From: Minisyncoccia bacterium
GTDB taxonomy: Bacteria > Patescibacteriota > Minisyncoccia > Phycocordibacterales > UBA9973
Direction: 5' to 3'
DNA: 64,000 nucleotides
Assembly (NCBI GenBank): GCA_049287045.1
Contig: JBAQFC010000010.1
Location: forward strand, 78,179 to 142,178
Made by a program: the position numbers and the translations under genes. The notes beneath the pieces were generated by a model. It saw only the letters and a program-made list of their open reading frames with translations. It did not search any database and was not told where the DNA came from. Positions 1 to 7,289 of this stretch are shown here, piece after piece; position 1 is the stretch's first letter; every line of letters starts with the position of its first letter.

Positions 1-1079
1 AGGCTGCGATATTGGTAGTAGAACAACATAAAATTATAGATATAAAAGAAAATGGTTTTGGTCCTGATGTATTTAAATCAAATTTAAATCTTCAGGCATT
101 AGAAGACATATTGCATCGCTCAAGTGTAGGTGATGTTTTGCTTTTTGAAGAAATAGAAGATGAAAAATTGAAAGAAATTCTTCGCAGAATTGATATTGAA
201 GTTATTTTACCAATTCGTATTGAAAATAGGGAAGTAGCTCTTATGGTATATGGTCAAAAAAGTGCAGGTGATACATATACTATGGGTGACCTAGATGTAT
301 TTAAAATTATTGCCAAAGAGATAGGAGAAAGTATTGAAAGTACAAGAAAATTTAAGATGCTTAAACTTCTTGATATCATACGAAGTGACTTTGTTGAATC
401 AGTATCACATGAATTTCGCACACCACTTACAGAAAGTCGTTGGAAGCTTGAACGTCTTTTGAAAATTGAATATGGAAAGCCTTTTGATTCAGAAATGAAA
501 GGAAATCTTTCAGATATTTATTTTAGTGTCGGGTGGTTAGTAGAATCACTCAATAAACTTATTGTTGCTTCTGATCTTCAGATATCAGCTCCTATTTTAC
601 ATAAAAAAGAAATAAATATACATAAATTATTCAATGAAGAAATCTTTAGTAAGATAAGAGAAATGGGTATTTGGGAAAGAAATAAACTAACATTAGATGT
701 TCAGGATAATTTACCATTAATAAATATAGATGTAGAAAAAATTAAAGATGCTTTTTCTTTTATTTTAGAAAATGCTATAAAATATTCACCAGAAAATAGT
801 GAAATATTAATACATATAACAATACGTGAAGCACCTGAAGGACTTTCGTTTTTGCAGGTTAAAATAATCGATCAAGGTATCGGTATTGATTCAAAAGATA
901 TTCCACACATGTTTTCTAAATTTTATCGTGGATACGATGCACGTATTACTGTACCAAATGGTTTAGGTTTAGGATTATTTATTTCTAAAGCTATTGTAGA
1001 ACTTCACGGAGGTAAAATATCTGTTAAATCAACGAAGGGCAAAGGTGCTACTTTCTTTGTAGAACTGCCATTCTTATAG
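1..1079 (+). CDS. Sensor histidine kinase, C-terminal HisKA + HATPase_c part. The reading frame is open to the window start, so the gene is 5'-partial.
   Basis: H-box 'HEFRTPLT'. G-boxes 'GLGLGLFISKAIVELHGG' and 'GKGATFFVELP'. No stop upstream of the first Met in frame. Confidence 0.85.
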   Translation, partial: AAILVVEQHKIIDIKENGFGPDVFKSNLNLQALEDILHRSSVGDVLLFEEIEDEKLKEILRRIDIEVILPIRIENREVALMVYGQKSAGDTYTMGDLDVFKIIAKEIGESIESTRKFKMLKLLDIIRSDFVESVSHEFRTPLTESRWKLERLLKIEYGKPFDSEMKGNLSDIYFSVGWLVESLNKLIVASDLQISAPILHKKEINIHKLFNEEIFSKIREMGIWERNKLTLDVQDNLPLINIDVEKIKDAFSFILENAIKYSPENSEILIHITIREAPEGLSFLQVKIIDQGIGIDSKDIPHMFSKFYRGYDARITVPNGLGLGLFISKAIVELHGGKISVKSTKGKGATFFVELPFL

Positions 1080-1204
1080 TATCTAATAGATACTATGTCG
1101 CAAAGAACAGTTGTCCGACATTAAATCCCTTGTGAAATAAGGGTAAAATAGAAAAAAAAGGAAAATACTCTTGACATTTTAGAAATACAATGTTTTTTGT
1201 ATTG

Positions 1205-1400
1205 TGCCTGACTACAGAAACTGCCCGCTAAAGCAGTATAGGTCGGGCACAGCGGCCTGTGGAGAGATGGAAAGGATAACAAGTGATCATGTCTATAGAA
1301 CCTTGCAGTGTAGACACACGAGGATGAAATCTTACTCCCCAGACCGCTGTGAATGCGCATTTGCAGTGGGTCGTAATTATAAGGCAAGGATTGTAATTAT
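1205..1400 (+). ncRNA. Candidate structured non-coding RNA or cis-regulatory leader, identity unknown.
   Basis: Local GC about 50% against about 30% around it. Long-range 8-bp pairing CACAGCGG(1249-1256)/CCGCUGUG(1344-1351) encloses a domain. Nested hairpins GCCCG..CGGGC and UGUCUA..UAGACA, plus palindrome AATGCGCATT. A Bacteroidetes-like promoter 'TTGACA..TAttgTG' lies just upstream. The overlapping ORFs on both strands look spurious. Confidence 0.35.
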
Positions 1401-1423
1401 TAATTTAAAGAACATAAAAACAA

Positions 1424-1633
1424 ATGAGACTATTTGATGTGTGTACAAGAAAGTTTTACGAAAAAGAAGGAGAGAAAAAAGCTAAATGGTACAAAGCCGG
1501 AGTGTTGAAAGAAACCGACAAAGGTTCAAGATACCTGCGTCTTTTTCATCAACCTGAAATTGACTTTTTCATTTTTGAAAAAGAAGAACCTCAGGAAACT
1601 ATAAAGCCTTCGGAAATTAAGGAGAATAACTAA
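1424..1633 (+). CDS. Hypothetical small protein (69 aa).
   Basis: ORF follows the structured segment and is co-directional with the replication/Dam module. No recognisable motif. Confidence 0.4.
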   Translation: MRLFDVCTRKFYEKEGEKKAKWYKAGVLKETDKGSRYLRLFHQPEIDFFIFEKEEPQETIKPSEIKENN

Positions 1634-1661
1634 GCTATTATTACGAGCTAATATTAACAAA

Positions 1662-2126
1662 ATGATGCAACCCAGCACCACGCCTGTTCCTAATGTATTT
1701 TTTGATGTTCATTTAAAAGAATTAAAACAAGCGGAATTAAAAGTTCTGTTGGTGGTGATACGCCAAACACTTGGTTGGGCGGACAGGCGGGGAATGCTTG
1801 GTAGAAAAGAAATTGATTGGATTTCAGGAAGCCAGTTACAGCAAAAAACAGGAAACTCCAAACGTGCCATTACCATTGCAACCGATACATTAATCAGAAA
1901 AAAGTTAATTGAAATATTGGATGTAAATGGAAATATTTTAGATAATCCTGAAAAAAGACAAGGTAAAACAAAACTCTTTTACCGTCTTGCAAATCCTGTG
2001 AATACTCCTGTGGAAAAGCCTGTGAATAGCTATACAACTTACGCAAAATTTGCCGAGGACATAAGCAAAAAAGTAACAGCACTTGCGCAAAAAATGCTGA
2101 TAACAAAAGAAACTCTACAAAACTAA
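1662..2126 (+). CDS. Replication initiator-like HTH protein (phage replisome-organizer N-terminal-like).
   Basis: 'ELKVLLVVIRQTLGW...' resembles the phage replisome organizer / RepA N-terminal winged-HTH. Context is a mobile element. Confidence 0.45.
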   Translation: MMQPSTTPVPNVFFDVHLKELKQAELKVLLVVIRQTLGWADRRGMLGRKEIDWISGSQLQQKTGNSKRAITIATDTLIRKKLIEILDVNGNILDNPEKRQGKTKLFYRLANPVNTPVEKPVNSYTTYAKFAEDISKKVTALAQKMLITKETLQN

Positions 2127-2166
2127 ATCCTACAAAAGAATTTAATAATAAAAAAGAAAATTTTAA

Positions 2167-2547
2167 ATGAAAACAAAAAATAAAGAAAAAGAAAAAACAA
2201 TAACCATTGAAGCAGAACTGGCAATACCACTGGGAGAATTAGCAATTTACCTTTTGGTAAGAGGACAGGATGAAGCGGAAGTAAATACTGTGCTTTATCA
2301 AACAGAAGAAAAAGCAAACAAAGAAATCAGAAAAATTGCAAAAGAAGTTCTCATCAAGAAAAAATCAGAAGTGAAACTAAAATACCTAAAGTTTGACTAC
2401 AATGATTCGGACAAAATCTCTCATGGAGTGGCATATTTTAAAGTAAAAATTGAAGGTACAGAAAAAGCACTTAGAAAGATTGCCGGAGAAGATAGAATTT
2501 TTGAATATGATTGGGAAGAACATAACAAAACCAATATTAACAACTAA
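2167..2547 (+). CDS. Hypothetical protein (Lys/Glu-rich).
   Basis: ORF in operon with neighbours. No motif. Confidence 0.4.
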   Translation: MKTKNKEKEKTITIEAELAIPLGELAIYLLVRGQDEAEVNTVLYQTEEKANKEIRKIAKEVLIKKKSEVKLKYLKFDYNDSDKISHGVAYFKVKIEGTEKALRKIAGEDRIFEYDWEEHNKTNINN

Positions 2548-2562
2548 GAACAAAACCAATTA

Positions 2563-2835
2563 ATGCCAACAGAAAAAACTTACCCCTATACATTCGACCA
2601 GTTAAGACAATTCAAAAAAGAAATACAGGAAGCAGGAGGAGTAGATGAACTGATGTTCAGAAAAAGTGCTTTGAAAAGAAGAAACGGAATGATAAACATT
2701 GTTACCTATCCTGATATTGAACGATACAAAGAAAAATATTTAACAGGAGTATATGAATCACTTCGTCCTATTTATACAACAGAAGTACCTTATGTTTTCT
2801 GGAGTAAATTATACGAATTATTAAACAGAATATGA
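2563..2835 (+). CDS. Hypothetical protein.
   Basis: ORF. Its 4-nt overlap with the downstream methylase gene suggests translational coupling. Confidence 0.4.
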   Translation: MPTEKTYPYTFDQLRQFKKEIQEAGGVDELMFRKSALKRRNGMINIVTYPDIERYKEKYLTGVYESLRPIYTTEVPYVFWSKLYELLNRI

Positions 2836-3623
2836 AACCACCTTTAACATACTACGGAGGAAAACAACAGCTCTCTAAACACATTATTTCCCTTATACCT
2901 AAACACAACCTATATTGTGAACCTTTCTTTGGTGGTGGTGCGGTATTCTTCGCTAAAGAACCATCAGCAGTTGAAATAATCAACGATACCAATGGAGAAC
3001 TCATTAATTTTTATAAGGTTATCAAAACAAAATTCAGCCAGCTTGAAAAAGAAATCAGTTTGACACTACACAGCAGGGAATACCATCAGGCAGCAAAGAT
3101 TGCATTAGGTTACCCCCATTTGTTTGATGAAATAAAACGGGCATGGGCTGTTTGGACATCGGCAAACCAAAGCTTTGGTTCCATTCTCGGCGGTAATACC
3201 TGGAGATGCGATTTTAAACAAAATACTTCTGCCAGGCAGTTAAGAAATAAAAGAGAAAACTTCACTAACGAATATGCAAAACGATTAGAACAAACCCAGA
3301 TTGAATGCAGGGATGCTTTAGATGTTATTCGTTTAACAGACAACAAGGATACTTTCTTTTATATTGATCCGCCTTACTATAACTCTAATATGGGGCATTA
3401 TAAGGGATATACAAAAGAGAATTTTGAAAAATTACTTCAAGTGCTTTCCGGAATTAAAGGAAAATTTTTGTTAAGTTCCTACCCCTCTGAAATCCTTGAT
3501 AAGTACATCAAAAAACACAAATGGCAGACTAAAGAGATTGATAAACAGTTGTGTTTATCTGCTTATAAGATTGTGAAAAAGAAAAGAAAAATTGAGGTGC
3601 TGACGGGGAATTATGAGATATAG
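2832..3623 (+). CDS. dam: DNA adenine methyltransferase, Dam/D12 class (N6-adenine). Orphan, with no adjacent restriction enzyme.
   Basis: 'YYGGKQQL', 'EPFFGGGAVFF' (SAM-binding FxGxG) and catalytic 'DPPYY'. Confidence 0.85.
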   Translation: MKPPLTYYGGKQQLSKHIISLIPKHNLYCEPFFGGGAVFFAKEPSAVEIINDTNGELINFYKVIKTKFSQLEKEISLTLHSREYHQAAKIALGYPHLFDEIKRAWAVWTSANQSFGSILGGNTWRCDFKQNTSARQLRNKRENFTNEYAKRLEQTQIECRDALDVIRLTDNKDTFFYIDPPYYNSNMGHYKGYTKENFEKLLQVLSGIKGKFLLSSYPSEILDKYIKKHKWQTKEIDKQLCLSAYKIVKKKRKIEVLTGNYEI

Positions 3624-3632
3624 GTGAAGGAA

Positions 3633-3674
3633 TAAAAAATACAACCCGATTGCTCAGGTTGCATTGATGATATG
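3633..3674 (-). terminator. Hairpin terminator, copy A of a repeated hairpin family.
   Basis: 9-bp stem AATACAACC/GGTTGCATT with loop CGATTGCTCA. A U-tract follows on the minus strand. Near-identical to the hairpin at 4953-4990. Confidence 0.5.
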
Positions 3675-3684
3675 AAGAGGCTAA

Positions 3685-3975
3685 TTACTTCTTTAGAAGA
3701 AGGGAAATAAATTTTTCTTTCACGTTACTTAAAATATTGTAAAAAGTATTCTCATCTTCAAAATTGTAAGATTGTAATTTGTGAAGATGATCAATATCGT
3801 CTTTCCTGAAAAGGAATAGTTCAACAATAATTTTTTGATTTTCAAATTTCTTCCTCTTCTGTCTAGACAGATGTTGTGCCGGTTTGGAATAAACCTCAAT
3901 ATGATTGTTTTTTCTTTCTATGTTGAAGGGCAATTTATCAATTGCCACTTCTTGGGTTAAAGCTTCTTTTGCCAT
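3685..3975 (-). CDS. Hypothetical protein (96 aa), downstream partner of the membrane protein.
   Basis: ORF starts 6 nt after the upstream gene's stop. Confidence 0.4.
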   Translation of the reverse strand: MAKEALTQEVAIDKLPFNIERKNNHIEVYSKPAQHLSRQKRKKFENQKIIVELFLFRKDDIDHLHKLQSYNFEDENTFYNILSNVKEKFISLLLKK

Positions 3976-3980
3976 CGTTT

Positions 3981-4856
3981 TTATTTATTTTTGGATTTAT
4001 GACTATTTCTGATACAAATTATATCATAGATTCCGTCTGCTACACCCTGCAATATGGCTAAATCATATTTCTCGTCAAACATACTTTTTTCAGAACAATC
4101 GACACACAGGAAACCTAATAAGTTATAAACTTTGTCTTGTTCAATATGTAATGGAATTATAGGCACCACAAGTTCACTTTTATATGGCAATATGCCATCT
4201 ATATAGCATTCTTTGCTTGTGTTTTCATAGTCCTTTGAGGAAGGAATATCATTATTAATATAGTAAAGTTTTGATTTCTTGTTTTTAGTTAGATGGGATA
4301 AGATATTATTGAAACATGTATTTGCAAATATTAAATGTTGAGTGTTTTGATAAGTTTTAGTATCACGGTGTAACGAATTTTTATCTCTGCATAGATTTAC
4401 AACTTCGGTATTTGCTGTAATTACAGTCTCGATGGCGACTTTTATAGAAACTGAACATTTTGAATTCGTTTTTTTATCATAAATCAGTTTTAATTGGTGG
4501 CACATAAAAGCCATAGTTGCAATAAATTTATCATCAGGAATTTCATCAAGTTTACGAAGCCAGTGAACCCATGAAAACGCTTCTTTGAGGAAAATTATAG
4601 CATCACCATAAACACTCTCTTTGTATAGATAATACCAATACTTGTATATATGTTTAAAGAAAAAAAGGACAAATCGGAAAAGGTATATTCCCAAAACGCC
4701 TCCTAGTCCAATAACAATAGAATTTTGAGGTTTTTGATCAAAAAAATTCTTTGCAATAAGAAGAATAGCAATAACTGAACCCGCCCCTCCACCAATAAAA
4801 TTCCAAAATTTTTCAGATATAGTATCCTTAAATGATTTATAAAAAACTTCTCTCAT
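3981..4856 (-). CDS. Membrane protein with two N-terminal TM helices and a cytoplasmic C-terminal domain.
   Basis: Hydrophobic segments 'GGGAGSVIAILLIAKNFF' and 'IVIGLGGVLGIYLFRFVLFFF'. No recognisable catalytic motif. Confidence 0.45.
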   Translation of the reverse strand: MREVFYKSFKDTISEKFWNFIGGGAGSVIAILLIAKNFFDQKPQNSIVIGLGGVLGIYLFRFVLFFFKHIYKYWYYLYKESVYGDAIIFLKEAFSWVHWLRKLDEIPDDKFIATMAFMCHQLKLIYDKKTNSKCSVSIKVAIETVITANTEVVNLCRDKNSLHRDTKTYQNTQHLIFANTCFNNILSHLTKNKKSKLYYINNDIPSSKDYENTSKECYIDGILPYKSELVVPIIPLHIEQDKVYNLLGFLCVDCSEKSMFDEKYDLAILQGVADGIYDIICIRNSHKSKNK

Positions 4857-4952
4857 AATCTTATAATCCGCTTTTTTTGCAAGGTTGTAATTTTTTTTTA
4901 TTGATTGACATATTGTTAATAACTCGGCGGGTTATGTTAACATCATATTTAA

Positions 4953-4990
4953 AAAATGCCTCCCGATTTCTCAGGAGGCATTGATGATGC
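4953..4990 (-). terminator. Hairpin terminator, copy B of the repeated hairpin family.
   Basis: Perfect 9-bp stem AATGCCTCC/GGAGGCATT with loop CGATTTCTCA, followed by T6 on the minus strand. Confidence 0.55.
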
Positions 4991-5019
4991 AAACCGCTCA
5001 ACCATGGCAACATTCACTC

Positions 5020-6243
5020 TTACGATTTTGCAATCAACTTTTTAAGCAGATTGATTACTTCATTCAACTTCTCGGCATTATCTATAATAATGGTGCAACT
5101 TGGGCCATTCCAGAATTTCTGAACTTTCTCCGTGAGTGTTTTAATCTCATGGTGCTTAATGTTCTTTCTTGTTTCTGCTTCCGGATTTACAACAACCAGG
5201 GAGATTCTTTTTCTACCGATGCTCATAAACGCAAGATTTTTGTTCTTCCGGATAGAGATATAATACTGCTTTGGGTTAAACTGAACCAATTCATCAGCTT
5301 TCATCAATTCAGTTTTAATCTGGCTATAAATATCAAGGATTACATCGGAAACATCTTTTAAATGGTCTTCCTCTGTGGATTTAAGAACTTTTTCTTTCAC
5401 TTTATCCGTTCCTTTATCAATATCTGCGAAATCAGGGTATATAGTACATAAGGTTTGCCGATTGATTGAGAATTTTCTCAATACTATCGGTTTTATTAGT
5501 CTCCCCCAGGTATCAATATAAACCTGCATAATTTCCGGCAGTTCCTGAATAGTATCATCTGTGATTAATAAAACAGGCGGTTTACCTGTAAGAACACGAT
5601 TGATAAATTCTGGAACCTCTTCTTCTCCAATAAAGGATTTTAACTTCTTTTTGAAATGGTAATTCTTGTTAACTATTTTACAAATAGGTTCAATAAAGGA
5701 AGTCTGTAAGTCTTTGTTACTAATCTGTTTGAAAAATTCAGTCATTCGTGTGAAAAGATGCCCATAGAAATCTTGTTTTGAAAGCATTGTTTCAATTAGG
5801 TAACATTTGGGTTTTCCCATGTCTTTAAAGTCAAACAGGATAGCATCAGGGATATATGTACCTGAAAACTCAATGCCTGTTTTAACTCTTGTTTCAATTA
5901 GAAGGGTAGTATCACCGAAAAGCACTTTTCCATTTTGTAAAATAATTTCTTCAAATTCCTTTTTTGATTTGAATTTCTTCGCAACAGGTGAAGTTTGATT
6001 TTCATCAGCATCAAAAGGTGGTTCAGTTGTTTGTAATTCCAGTGTATCTCCATTAAGGATATACACTTTGCTTAAATCAATTACCGTATCCGGCAATTGA
6101 TTTTTAATCTGTGTTTCTGTTTTTTTCATGGTTAAGGGTTTGGTTATTATTTTTTCAAAGAGCGAACTAGTGGACATCATAGCTCTGAAAAAATAATTGG
6201 CAAGAAGGAAATCAGTAGAATACAGAATGGCGAAAATGTCCAA
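5020..6243 (-). CDS. Hypothetical protein. True start may lie downstream of the annotated Met.
   Basis: Long ORF with its own terminator. Weak PD-(D/E)xK-like pattern '...IPDAILFDFKD...CYLIETMLSK', not secure. Confidence 0.45.
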   Translation of the reverse strand: MDIFAILYSTDFLLANYFFRAMMSTSSLFEKIITKPLTMKKTETQIKNQLPDTVIDLSKVYILNGDTLELQTTEPPFDADENQTSPVAKKFKSKKEFEEIILQNGKVLFGDTTLLIETRVKTGIEFSGTYIPDAILFDFKDMGKPKCYLIETMLSKQDFYGHLFTRMTEFFKQISNKDLQTSFIEPICKIVNKNYHFKKKLKSFIGEEEVPEFINRVLTGKPPVLLITDDTIQELPEIMQVYIDTWGRLIKPIVLRKFSINRQTLCTIYPDFADIDKGTDKVKEKVLKSTEEDHLKDVSDVILDIYSQIKTELMKADELVQFNPKQYYISIRKNKNLAFMSIGRKRISLVVVNPEAETRKNIKHHEIKTLTEKVQKFWNGPSCTIIIDNAEKLNEVINLLKKLIAKS

Positions 6244-6666
6244 TTATAAGGAGGCAAATTAAAGTAGGAACTATACTCTCAAAAATGAAGTTTTAATTTT
6301 TTTAAATCCATGAGGAGCCAATATTAATTATAAAGATTTTTGTTATTTTTAATAAAAAATATTTTAAATTGCATTGGATTAAACTTATTGGCAACTTGTT
6401 GCACAAATTGTTCATTTAATGGTTGCCTACAAAATGAAAATAGAAAAGAAAGAATGATACTTTTCTTTTGGCAATAATAATCTTTTGTAAATCTAATTTG
6501 AGTTTATTTAGCTTTAACTTTCGACTCTTGTTTCTTTGGAACTGAATGGAATTCATGTTTTTTATTCATTCTAAGTACAATAAACATATCTTGAGACTGA
6601 TAATATGACTACCAAATGCTTACACACTAATTTTATTAAATATTATTAAAATAAAAATTCAAAATT

Positions 6667-6939
6667 ATGAAACTTACCAAAATTTACTTTGATGCATTCA
6701 AAAGCCTATTGAACAAAGAACTTGAAATTAAATATGATTGTGTCGGATTTGTTGGAACAAATGAATCAGGAAAATCAAATGTATTATCTGCAATTAATGT
6801 ATTGAGCAGTAATAGAAAATTGACTTCTTTAGACACGCCTAAGATGTCTAAAAGCAGTAATCCATCCTTAAGATTTCAATTTAAACTTGATGAGAATGAA
6901 AATAAAGAAATAACAACACTAGCGTTGCGTTGTTTCTAA
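6667..6939 (+). pseudogene. N-terminal Walker-A fragment of an OLD-family/AAA15-type ABC ATPase. Likely the disrupted 5' part of the downstream nuclease gene.
   Basis: 'VGFVGTNESGKSNVLSAI' is a P-loop. The ORF stops after 90 aa, too short to be an ATPase alone. Downstream 6940-7289 is AT-rich with stops in all frames. Confidence 0.45.
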
Positions 6940-7289
6940 ATTCTTAAAAACCATCAAATTTTTGAAAAATTAATTCTTAAGAATCAAGTACTTGTGAAAT
7001 AATAAAATTAATTATTAAAAATAAAATTTCAAATCGTTGCTGTTAGTAAAACCTGTAAATCTAAGTCATATCAAGCTTTCTAAAGAGTTTGTTATTATAA
7101 CATCGCAATGCTAGTGAAATAACAACATTAATTTCCGAATGGAAAAAAACACACTCACTCCATCCGAAAGCAATATTTTCGACTTTAACAATTATTTACC
7201 ATGTAACATTTGACAAGGAAAAAAAACAAGAGGAACGTTTCTTTTCAATAAATGATTTAAAACTTGAAAGTGATAGTTTAATTTTATTA

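Noticed and set aside
1205-1400. Considered tmRNA, RNase P RNA, SRP RNA or a cobalamin riboswitch for the structured segment.
   Set aside because: No tag-peptide frame (…YALAA), no GGAAAGUCCGG P4 motif, no SRP domain-IV GGAA/GCAGCC motif, no convincing B12 box. Identity left open.
1121-1437. ORFs 1121-1387(-) and 1204-1437(+) overlapping the GC-rich segment.
   Set aside because: They overlap each other on opposite strands within a palindrome-rich, GC-skewed segment. The Cys/Arg-rich translations look like by-products of the composition. Treated as a structured RNA region rather than CDS, with low certainty.
4981-5361. ORF 4981-5361(+) antisense within 5020-6243(-).
   Set aside because: It begins inside the terminator hairpin and is fully embedded antisense in a longer ORF. 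Likely spurious.
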